From: Phycisphaerae bacterium
GTDB lineage: Bacteria; Planctomycetota; Phycisphaerae; UBA1845; Fen-1342
Direction of reading: 5' to 3'
Length of the DNA: 64,000 nt
Assembly (NCBI GenBank): GCA_050115495.1
Contig: JASFQK010000031.1
Span: 1-64,000, forward strand
Within the stretch, counting starts at the first letter, position 1, and each line of letters opens with the position of its first letter. Both the position numbers and the translations under genes were made by a program. Below, in pieces: positions 30,058 to 38,284 of the stretch. The notes under the pieces are model-generated. The model was not told the origin of the DNA. It did no database searches and was given only the letters and a program-made list of their open reading frames with translations.

Positions 30058-31740
30058 CTATTCGCCGTTCATCTGTCGCAGCAGCCGGCAGCGGCGCGAA
30101 AACTGCGCGTCGCCGTCGCGCGTCAGGTCACAGATCGAGCGCCACGTCGCCGCGGCGCGGTCCACCAGGCCGATGTTCTGCAGGGCCAATGCGAGGTTCG
30201 CCCGCAGAGCAAGGTTGCCATCGTACCGGGTGAGGGCCTGCTCGAATTCCTCGACCGCCAGCTCGAAGTGGCTGCGCTGGGCGAAGAGCAGACCCAACTG
30301 GTAGTGCACGTCCACGTAGCTGTCGTCGATGGCCAGCGCCCGCTGGAAAACGTCGATGGCCTCGTCAGTCTGCCCGGTCTCCTTGAGGCAAACGCCCAGC
30401 TTGATCAGCGCCTTGGCGTAGCCGGGGTTGATGGCCACGGCGCCGCGGAACGCCCGGATCGCCTCGTCGAAGTCACCGACCTGCCGCAGCAGCAGCCCGT
30501 AGCGATAGTGCAGATCGGCGTGCTGCGGCGTGGCTTGCAGGGCCTCGCGGTGCCGGCGGATCGCCTCGGCCAGCAGGTCCTGCTCGTCCTCGCCGTCGTC
30601 GTCCTCCTCCTGCCACGACTCGACCGGCTCGGTCTGCCGCTGCTCCGACTGGAGATGCAGGCGTGTGGCCTCGGTGAACAGCAGCGTACTGCTCGGTTCG
30701 AGACTCGCCGCGAGGTCCAATGTGGCGAGAGCCTCATGCCGATGGCCGGCGGCGTGCTGCGAGACGCCCAGCCCAACGAACGCCAGCATCAGCCGATCGT
30801 TCAACTCGACGGCCCGGTTGAATGTCTGCGCGGCGTCGATGTGCCGACCCTGGCGCAAGTGTTGTGTACCGAGCTTCACCGTGGCTTCGAGCAGCTCCGG
30901 CTGTGTGCGCAGGGCGACTTCGTACTGCTCGACGGCCCGCCCATCCTCACCAGCCTTCACGTACAGATCGCCGAGATGAATATGGAACGGCGCAACGCCC
31001 GGGTAGCGCGCCACCAGGTGCTCGACGGTCTCGATGGCCTGTTCCAGTTCGCCGTCGGCGGTGAACTCGTCGGCCGTGCTCAGCGCTTCGTCCGAGAAAT
31101 CGGGCTCAACCAGCAGCGCCTGCTGGTACTGCTCCGACGCTTCCTCCGGCCGGCGCGTGCGCAGGTACAGGTTCGCCAGCGTCAGCAGCACGTCCAGATC
31201 GCCCGCCTCGAGGTCGGCCAGTTGCTCGTAGCAGACCGTCGCCGTCTCGAAGTCGCCCCGGCGGATGGCCACCGCGGCCAGGCGCTCGTAGGCGTTGCGC
31301 AGCTCCGGACAAAGCTCGATCGCCCGGCGGTAGCTGGCCACGGCGGCGTCCATGTCGTCCGCCCGCTCGTGGCAGATGCCGATAGAGAATGCGATCGCCG
31401 GGTCTTCCGGATCCTGCGCCTGGGCGATGGCCAGGTAGCGCAGCGCCTCGGAGGTCTGCCCACGGGCGTCGCACACGCAGGCCAGCCCGAGAGCCGGCTG
31501 CGGCGACGTGGGCACGAGCTTAAGCGCCCGCTCGAAAGCGGAGCGCGCCTCAGCCAGACGCATCTGTCGCAGGCAGGCCACACCCAGCCGCACCGCCAGA
31601 TCCGCCGAGTTCGGTGATTCGTGGCAGCGGGCCTTCAGCCCTTCGGGCCGGTCTTCGGCCAGCCCGGGGAGCTGGTTCTCGAAGGCTGCCAGCAATTCCG
31701 CCAGCAACCCACGCCCCAATGCTTCAAGCAGGTAGCCCAT
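30058..31740 (-). CDS. Tetratricopeptide repeat protein
   Basis: Many TPR units (e.g. FRGAVAINPGYAKALIKLGVCL); GGAGG SD before ATG 31740. Confidence 0.88.
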   Translation of the reverse strand: MGYLLEALGRGLLAELLAAFENQLPGLAEDRPEGLKARCHESPNSADLAVRLGVACLRQMRLAEARSAFERALKLVPTSPQPALGLACVCDARGQTSEALRYLAIAQAQDPEDPAIAFSIGICHERADDMDAAVASYRRAIELCPELRNAYERLAAVAIRRGDFETATVCYEQLADLEAGDLDVLLTLANLYLRTRRPEEASEQYQQALLVEPDFSDEALSTADEFTADGELEQAIETVEHLVARYPGVAPFHIHLGDLYVKAGEDGRAVEQYEVALRTQPELLEATVKLGTQHLRQGRHIDAAQTFNRAVELNDRLMLAFVGLGVSQHAAGHRHEALATLDLAASLEPSSTLLFTEATRLHLQSEQRQTEPVESWQEEDDDGEDEQDLLAEAIRRHREALQATPQHADLHYRYGLLLRQVGDFDEAIRAFRGAVAINPGYAKALIKLGVCLKETGQTDEAIDVFQRALAIDDSYVDVHYQLGLLFAQRSHFELAVEEFEQALTRYDGNLALRANLALALQNIGLVDRAAATWRSICDLTRDGDAQFSRRCRLLRQMNGE

Positions 31741-31752
31741 TGCTTCCTCCAC

Positions 31753-32346
31753 TCACTCCGGATGAACGCATGTCGCCAGACCGCGTTGCGCACTGGCCAG
31801 GTCCCCGTTGATCTCCAGGGCGCGGCGATAGGCCTGTGCGGCCTGAGCGACGTCGTCCAGCTTCTTCCACACTTCTCCGAGCATCACGTGCACGTCGGCG
31901 TAGTCAGCGCCGTGGGCCAGCGCGCGCTGCAACACCGGTAGCGCCTCATCGGGCCGGTTCTCGGCCATGGCCACCCGCGCCGCGAGAATCAGGGCGTCGC
32001 GGTAGCCGGGATTCAGTTCGAGCGCGCCGTCCAGCCAGCTCCGCGCCTCGGCATGTCGGCCGAGACGCACCGCCACCTGGGCCGCCGCGTATCGCAGATC
32101 CGCATAGTTCGGGCAGGCCGCGATCGCCTGCTCGGCCGCGGCCAGCACCAGCGGCAGACGCGGCGAGTCGGGCTCTTCGGTCTCCAGGCAAGCCAGGATC
32201 AGCTCCGGCTCACGGCCGAACGAACGAGCCAGCTTGTCGGTGGCGGCGGCGTGTGCCGTGGACGCAGGGTTGGTCTCCGGCAAGGCCGGCCGCTCCCCGC
32301 GGACGGGCAAACGTCGAATCGGAATGCGCGTACGATCGTTGTCCAT
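31753..32346 (-). CDS. Tetratricopeptide repeat protein
   Basis: ALELNPGYRDA and YADVHVMLGEV..A..AYRRALEIN TPR units. Confidence 0.8.
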   Translation of the reverse strand: MDNDRTRIPIRRLPVRGERPALPETNPASTAHAAATDKLARSFGREPELILACLETEEPDSPRLPLVLAAAEQAIAACPNYADLRYAAAQVAVRLGRHAEARSWLDGALELNPGYRDALILAARVAMAENRPDEALPVLQRALAHGADYADVHVMLGEVWKKLDDVAQAAQAYRRALEINGDLASAQRGLATCVHPE

Positions 32347-32393
32347 ATTCCTCGCCGCCGCTTACTGCCGACGAAAGCTGGTCCGCCTGTGGG

Positions 32394-32597
32394 CTATTCC
32401 GGCTTCTTTCCACCTCGCGTACCGGCCTCCTCATCGGGTTGGATGAGGTCGGCCGGCGCGTTGCGGTCCTCGGTCCGCGCAGGCACCATGAAGAGCTGCT
32501 TGCAGTGCACGCAGCGTACAACCTTCCCGCGGGCAGAGTCCGGCGCCACCACTGTGCACCGGCAGTTCAAGTTGGGGCAGATCATCGTGACCGGCAT
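32394..32597 (-). CDS. Small zinc-ribbon protein
   Basis: CPNLNC-x16-CVHC with GKVVRC..C.QLF.VP. Confidence 0.7.
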   Translation of the reverse strand: MPVTMICPNLNCRCTVVAPDSARGKVVRCVHCKQLFMVPARTEDRNAPADLIQPDEEAGTRGGKKPE

Positions 32598-32750
32598 ACG
32601 CTCAAACCCTTCTGTCGCCCCGGACTTCGTCCCGGACGCGAGTCGTATCGGTAAGATGAGAAAGCCCCACCACCAAAGAGACAGGATCCCCCGCGGTCTC
32701 GGCGCGACGGACGCAACGTCAGCGTAAGGCGTGCCGAGTGCCCCCTCGAC

Positions 32751-34718
32751 CTACAATTTACCGGGAGCGGCCGGAGGATTTTGTTTTCGCCGAGCGCGGC
32801 GTTGTCCGCCGACCGGCCGAGAAATGTTGGGTGACCTACGCGTTATGGGGCGGCGGGTCGTCGGCACCTCGATTACTTCCCGCCCGGCGAGGTACGCGCC
32901 GGTGAGCGAAGCGGCCGATTCGCGGAGGTCGGCGACGCTGCCGGCGGCCACCACGTGCCCGCCGCGTACGCCCGGTCCGGGACCGAAGTCGACGATGCGG
33001 TCGGCGGCTTCCATCGTGTCGCGATCGTGCTCGACGACGATCACCGTGTTGCCCTGGTCACGCAGGCGTTGCAGCGACGCCAGCAGCCGCCGGTTGTCCC
33101 GCGGGTGCAGCCCGATGCTCGGCTCGTCCAGGACGTAGAGCACGCCGACCAATCCGCAGCCGATCTGGCTGGCCAGGCGAATACGCTGGGACTCGCCGCC
33201 GGAAAGCGTCGGGGCGGCGCGATCCAGCGTCAGGTAGTCGAGTCCGACGTCGACGAGGAAGCCCAGCCGGCCGCGGATCTCCTTGAGCGGCTCCTCGGCG
33301 ATGAGGCGGGCGGTGCCGTCCAGGCGCAGCTCGTCGAAGAACGACAGCGCCGCCCGGATCGGCAGGCGGCAGACTTCGTGGATGTTCAGCGCCGTCGCGG
33401 CCCGTCGCCGGCCGCGGCCCGACGACAGCGTCACGCCCAGCGGCTGCGGCTTCAGTCGCGCGCCGCCGCAACGCGGGCAGGTCCCCTGGCGCATGAACTG
33501 CTCGTAAAACCGACGGACCATGGCGGAGTTGGTTTTGCGATGGCGAGCCTGGAGTTCGGCGATGATGCCCTCGAACGGGCCGCCGTGCCGCCAGGTGCCG
33601 AAGCGCCCCTTCCATTCGTAGGTGATGTGCGTCTCGCCGGTGCCGTAGAGGAAGGCCGTGCGGGCCGACTCGGGCCATTTACCCCACGGCGTGTCCAGAT
33701 CGACGCCGAGATGTTCGGCGACGCCGGCGTAGATGTGCTGCCGCCACTTGCCCGGCGGATGGCGGAAGGCGGCGATGCACGGGGCGAGGAACGACAGCCG
33801 CGGATCGGGGACGAGCAGCTCCGGGTCGAAGTCGTAGCGCGTGCCCAACCCGTCGCAGTGTGCGCACATGCCCTGCGGGCTGTTGAAGCTGAACATCTGC
33901 GGCTCGGGTGGCTCGAAGCTTACGCCGCAATCGGCGCAGGCGTACGCCGACGAGAGCAGGATGTCGCCCGTCGCGCCGCGTCCCTTCCCTTCGACCACCG
34001 CGACGATGGCCGAGCCCTCGCCGACGGACAGCGCCGTATCCAGCGCTTCGGCCAGGCGCGGCCGCACTTCCGGCGTGATGACCAACCGATCGACGACGAC
34101 CTCGATGTCGTGCCGGCGATAGCGGTCCAGGGCCGGAGCGTCGCTCAGCTCCACGACCTCGCCATCGACGCGGGCCCGGACGAAACCATGCTGAAGCAGC
34201 TCGGCGAACAGGTCCTTGTACTCGCCCTTCTGTGCCCGCACCTTCGGCGCCAGCAGCAGGAAGCGCGTGCCTTCGCCCAGTGACAGGATGCGGCCGAGCA
34301 TCTGCTCGCGCGTCTGCGCTGTGATCGGCTGGTGGCAGTTCGGGCAGTGCGCCACGCCGGCTCGGGCGAAGAGCACGCGCAGGTAGTCATGGATCTGCGT
34401 GATCGTGCCGACCGTGCTGCGCGGGTTCCAGCCGCTCGTCTTCTGCTGGATCGAGATGGACGGGGCCAGCCCGGTGATCTGGTCGACGTCGGGCTTGGGC
34501 AGTTGGCCCATGAACTGCCGGGCGTAGGAGCTGAGCGACTCGACGTAGCGCCGCTGCCCTTCCGCATAGAGCGTGTCGAAGGCCAGGCTGCTCTTGCCGC
34601 TGCCGGAAACGCCGGTGAAACAGATGAGCTCGTTCTTCGGCAGCGACAGCGTCACGCTGCGCAGGTTGTGCTCCCGCGCGCCGGCGACGCGAATCGTGTC
34701 CTGCTCGGTGCTGCTCAT
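32751..34718 (-). CDS. uvrA: Excinuclease ABC subunit A, N-terminal half only (single ABC module)
   Basis: GAREHNL, GVSGSGKSSLAFDTLYAEGQRRY, FSFNSPQGMC..C.G.G, TLSGGESQRIRLA, LDEPSIGLHPRD, VVEHD; stops at 655 aa, before a second nucleotide-binding domain. Confidence 0.85.
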   Translation of the reverse strand: MSSTEQDTIRVAGAREHNLRSVTLSLPKNELICFTGVSGSGKSSLAFDTLYAEGQRRYVESLSSYARQFMGQLPKPDVDQITGLAPSISIQQKTSGWNPRSTVGTITQIHDYLRVLFARAGVAHCPNCHQPITAQTREQMLGRILSLGEGTRFLLLAPKVRAQKGEYKDLFAELLQHGFVRARVDGEVVELSDAPALDRYRRHDIEVVVDRLVITPEVRPRLAEALDTALSVGEGSAIVAVVEGKGRGATGDILLSSAYACADCGVSFEPPEPQMFSFNSPQGMCAHCDGLGTRYDFDPELLVPDPRLSFLAPCIAAFRHPPGKWRQHIYAGVAEHLGVDLDTPWGKWPESARTAFLYGTGETHITYEWKGRFGTWRHGGPFEGIIAELQARHRKTNSAMVRRFYEQFMRQGTCPRCGGARLKPQPLGVTLSSGRGRRRAATALNIHEVCRLPIRAALSFFDELRLDGTARLIAEEPLKEIRGRLGFLVDVGLDYLTLDRAAPTLSGGESQRIRLASQIGCGLVGVLYVLDEPSIGLHPRDNRRLLASLQRLRDQGNTVIVVEHDRDTMEAADRIVDFGPGPGVRGGHVVAAGSVADLRESAASLTGAYLAGREVIEVPTTRRPITRRSPNISRPVGGQRRARRKQNPPAAPGKL

Positions 34719-34808
34719 CCCTTCAGCTCCGACCGTCCGCAGACGACAACGGCCACCCGCACCGGCTCGAACCGGCGCGGATGGCCGCCACTGCGAGCCG
34801 GTCGATCA

Positions 34809-35384
34809 TCAACCGGCCAGCTCGAAGATCGACTGCGTCTTGACCAGCGTCCGATCGTGCGGGAACGCGTGGAAAGCGTGAATGTGGAACTCGGAGTCGC
34901 GGGCTTCGTGATCCATGTAGCTGAACGGCACGAGCTCACCCTCGCCCCACTGGTCGTACGGCACGTACCAGCCGCGCTTCTGCGCGTGGCGCAGCAGGTC
35001 GTTGTGCACGGACTTGTACAGCGGCTCGTCCATCGTCTCGACCTGGCTGCTGATCATGTGGCACCAGCCATCCGGCAGGCGCCGCTCCTGGTCGCGCTCG
35101 CCCTTGAGGCGGAAACGCGAGATCAAACCGCGCGTCGGCAGCAGGTCGCTGTCCGGACACAGCACTTCGGTGACCGAGCGCTGGCCGCGCGTCAGCGTGA
35201 CCACGTGGCTCAGCCCGACGATCCAGATATCCGTATGGTACTGCCCCTGCGACACACGGTACGCCGCGTAGTGCCGGAACAGCTCCGGGTGCAACGGGCG
35301 GTCGTACAGCAGCAGGTGCAAGTCTGCCGCCTGCAATACCGTGGTGGTCGGATCCAAACGTTTAATGGTGTTCTCTGTTGACAT
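34809..35384 (-). CDS. DUF2617-like hypothetical protein
   Basis: L.LYDRPLHPELF..HVVT..FHAFP....VKTQSIFE pattern recalled for this family. Confidence 0.6.
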   Translation of the reverse strand: MSTENTIKRLDPTTTVLQAADLHLLLYDRPLHPELFRHYAAYRVSQGQYHTDIWIVGLSHVVTLTRGQRSVTEVLCPDSDLLPTRGLISRFRLKGERDQERRLPDGWCHMISSQVETMDEPLYKSVHNDLLRHAQKRGWYVPYDQWGEGELVPFSYMDHEARDSEFHIHAFHAFPHDRTLVKTQSIFELAG

Positions 35385-35520
35385 CGCGAACCTTGAACCC
35401 TGCGACAAAACCTGATTTTAACGCGTCTTGCGACGAAACCAAACGAAATCGCACTCGCCGATCGCACGAGCCCCTTTGTAGTACGTCGGCCGGTCGCCGA
35501 CAGTTCATCTCCGGAAGCCC

Positions 35521-35853
35521 TCACGCCTCGCCCGCGCCGCCCGCACCGAGCGAGCGCAGCAGGCCGAAGTCGTACAGCCCCGTCGCGTGCCCGTCGTTCC
35601 AGACAATGCGCAGGGCATAATTGCCGACGAGCTCGGCGGTGCGAACCGTCACCATGTCCACCTGTCGCGCCGGCGGCTGCATCACGCGCAACGGATTCGC
35701 CGCCTCGGCCGCACGCTGCTCCCGGCAGGCAGCACAGGGGCATTCCCGACGCAGGTGAGCGAGCGGGTGAACCGTTTCCACGCCGTCCGCCCAGCGGATC
35801 CGCAACTCGCGCGTGCGGTCCAGGTCCAGGGCGACCGGCTGTTCGGCGTTCAC
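35521..35853 (-). CDS. DUF971 / gamma-butyrobetaine hydroxylase N-terminal-like protein
   Basis: L.I.WADG, LRRECPCAAC, VGNYALRIVWNDGHATGLY; start could be 35853 or 35877. Confidence 0.85.
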   Translation of the reverse strand: MNAEQPVALDLDRTRELRIRWADGVETVHPLAHLRRECPCAACREQRAAEAANPLRVMQPPARQVDMVTVRTAELVGNYALRIVWNDGHATGLYDFGLLRSLGAGGAGEA

Positions 35854-36108
35854 GTTCTCACATCCGTCCGCACGCAACGCGGTACCTCGCCTGGCAGGTT
35901 ACCACAGCAAATGCTGTACCTATCCCCGGTTCCTCGCCGCCCACCAGCGGGGAACCCGGCAACCCGACCACCTCTTGTCTTCTTCCGACCCCAGCCGGCC
36001 CCGGCGGTAGTCCCCTGCGTCAACCGCCCGACCCATAAACCGGACGGCGTGCCCTCGCCAGGACTTCTGTCTTGCTGCCGCCGCGGAGCATCACTGCCCC
36101 GCGACGCG

Positions 36109-37191
36109 CTACTCCCGCGTCTCGCCGGCGGCGACCGCCTCCGCCGACCTCCGTCGCCCGCGCGACCGCGTGGTCTTGGCCGAGCTGGCCGGGCGGGCCG
36201 CGAAAAACGCCCCCAGACCGCGCAGACGCTCGTAGCGCCGGCGCAACAACGTGTCGATCCGCACGCGCCGCAGGTCCCGGACCTTCTGACTGATCCAGTC
36301 CTCCAGCGTCTTCGCCGCCACCTGCGGGTCGCGGTGCGCCCCGCCCAGCGGTTCGTCGATGACCGCGTCGATGATCTCCAGGCGCTTCAGGTTCTTCGGC
36401 GTCAGCTTCAGCGCCTCGGCCGCCAGCGGAGCCTGCTCGCCCGACTTCCACAAGATCGCCGCACAGCCCTCCGGGCTGATCACCGAGTAATACGCGTATT
36501 CCATGACGGCGACCTGGTCGGCGACGGCGATGCCCAGGGCCCCGCCGCTGCCGCCCTCCCCGATCACCACCGCCACGATCGGCGTCGGCAGCCGGGACAT
36601 CTCGGCCAGGTTGACCGCGATGGCACTGGCAATGCCCCGCTCCTCCGCCTCGACCCCCGGATAGGCCCCTGGCGTATCTACTAAGCAGACGATAGGGACC
36701 TTGAACTTCGCCGCCAGCTTCATCTTGGCCAGCGCCTTGCGATACCCTTCCGGGTGGGCGCAGCCAAAGTTCGACTCGATCTTTTCCTTCGTGTCGCGGC
36801 CTTTCTGGTGGCCGACGATCATGACCCGCTGGCCGCCGATCCGGGCGAACCCGCAGACCATGGCCCGGTCGTCCCCGTAGGTCGCGTCGCCGTGGAGCTC
36901 ACAGAAGTCCTTGGCGATCATGCGGATATAGTCGCGGAGCAGCGGCCGCCTGGGATGCCGGGCGACCAAGACATGCTCCCAGGGGGTCAGTTTGGCGTAC
37001 GCTTCCTTCAGGGCGATCTGGAGCTGTGCGCGAATTCCCTCGATGGTCTCCGAGAAATCGCGCCCCGACTCGGCCTGGGTGGCTTCGAGGCGTTCAATCT
37101 CCTGGGCCATTCGGGCCAGCGGCTTTTCAAACTCCAGCACGTACGGGGTCGCTGCACCCGCTCTGGACTGGGAGCTAGGCTGTGTACTCAT
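36109..37191 (-). CDS. accA: Acetyl-CoA carboxylase carboxyltransferase alpha subunit
   Basis: LEFEKP, ARHPRRP, ELHGD, PEGYRKA, DTPGAYPG..AEERG, GEGGSGGAL, SVISPEGCAAILW. Confidence 0.95.
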   Translation of the reverse strand: MSTQPSSQSRAGAATPYVLEFEKPLARMAQEIERLEATQAESGRDFSETIEGIRAQLQIALKEAYAKLTPWEHVLVARHPRRPLLRDYIRMIAKDFCELHGDATYGDDRAMVCGFARIGGQRVMIVGHQKGRDTKEKIESNFGCAHPEGYRKALAKMKLAAKFKVPIVCLVDTPGAYPGVEAEERGIASAIAVNLAEMSRLPTPIVAVVIGEGGSGGALGIAVADQVAVMEYAYYSVISPEGCAAILWKSGEQAPLAAEALKLTPKNLKRLEIIDAVIDEPLGGAHRDPQVAAKTLEDWISQKVRDLRRVRIDTLLRRRYERLRGLGAFFAARPASSAKTTRSRGRRRSAEAVAAGETRE

Positions 37192-37369
37192 AGGCACCTG
37201 AGACCTTATACCGCGCCAACGCCGGGCTCGTCGCAGCCCGGACCGCTTACCCACAAGGGCGAAATCCTAACCGCTCTGGAGCGCAAAATGCAAGATTAAT
37301 CTCGTCAAACTCTGCGAGGCGGACCCTGCCGCCGGAGACGATTACAGCGAAACGAATAGGCATAAGACC

Positions 37370-38257
37370 CTGAAAATAAACGATTTACATACAATCTGCA
37401 TCGTCGGCCCCGGCCTCATGGGCGGCTCGGTCGGGCTGGCCCTCCAGGCGGCGGGCTACCGCGGGCAGCTCGTCGCCCTGGCCCGTGATCCCAGCGACGC
37501 CGAGGCCGCCGTCGGGGCCGGCGCCGTCCACGAGGGCTTCACGCGGGTCGAGGACCTGCCCGCCGGGATCCAGCTCTTCTGTCTGGCCGTGCCGCTGTCG
37601 GCGATGCCCCAGGTTCTCCGGCAGCTCGCCCCACGGCTCACCGACGCCGAAGTTATCGTGACCGACGTCGGCAGCGTGAAGGTCCCCGTCGTGACCGCCG
37701 CCGCCGGCATCATGCCCCACCCCGGCAACTACGTCGGGGCCCATCCGATGGCGGGATTCCGCCAACGCGGCGTGACCTTCGCCCGGGCGGACCTTTTCCA
37801 CGGCGTACACGTGATCCTGACGCCGGTGTCCGCGACACACAAGCGAGCCCTGGAAGTAATACGCTCGATGTGGAGCATCGTTCACGGCCACGTGACCACG
37901 ATGTCGCCCGTCCAGCACGACGAGCTCATCGCCCGCGTCAGCCACCTGCCGCACGTGTCGGCCGCCCTGCTGCTGCTGGAGGCGGCCCGCGAGGAGGGGC
38001 TGAGTGTCGCCGGCACCGGCCTGCTCGACGTGACCCGCGTCGCCAGCCGGGACGCCTGGCTCTGGCAGGACATCCTCGTCTCGAACCGCGAGCAGGTCCG
38101 CGAGGCCATCGGCCGGCTGATCGAGGATCTCCGGCGGGTGGATACGTGGCTTGAGCGACACGAGGACGGTAATATCGGGCGTCTGCTGCAGCGCGCAGCC
38201 CAGATCCGCGACGAGTGGGTGGCGAGCAAGTTCGAGCACCCCGACTGGATCGACTAA
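37370..38257 (+). CDS. tyrA: Prephenate/arogenate dehydrogenase
   Basis: TDVGSVK, GAHPMAG, HD..IA.VSHLPH, D.TRVAS; the Rossmann motif ICIVGPGLMGGS begins upstream of the first ATG (37418), so the start was placed at in-frame CTG 37370 (exact start uncertain). Confidence 0.85.
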   Translation: MKINDLHTICIVGPGLMGGSVGLALQAAGYRGQLVALARDPSDAEAAVGAGAVHEGFTRVEDLPAGIQLFCLAVPLSAMPQVLRQLAPRLTDAEVIVTDVGSVKVPVVTAAAGIMPHPGNYVGAHPMAGFRQRGVTFARADLFHGVHVILTPVSATHKRALEVIRSMWSIVHGHVTTMSPVQHDELIARVSHLPHVSAALLLLEAAREEGLSVAGTGLLDVTRVASRDAWLWQDILVSNREQVREAIGRLIEDLRRVDTWLERHEDGNIGRLLQRAAQIRDEWVASKFEHPDWID

Positions 38258-38284
38258 GGCCCGAACCCCGGACCCGGATTCCAC

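Noticed and set aside
31740..31755. The two TPR ORFs are in frame and separated only by a TGA (possible readthrough or selenocysteine)
   Set aside because: A good GGAGG SD and an ATG (31740) follow the stop, there is no redox-type context, and being in frame has a 1-in-3 chance.
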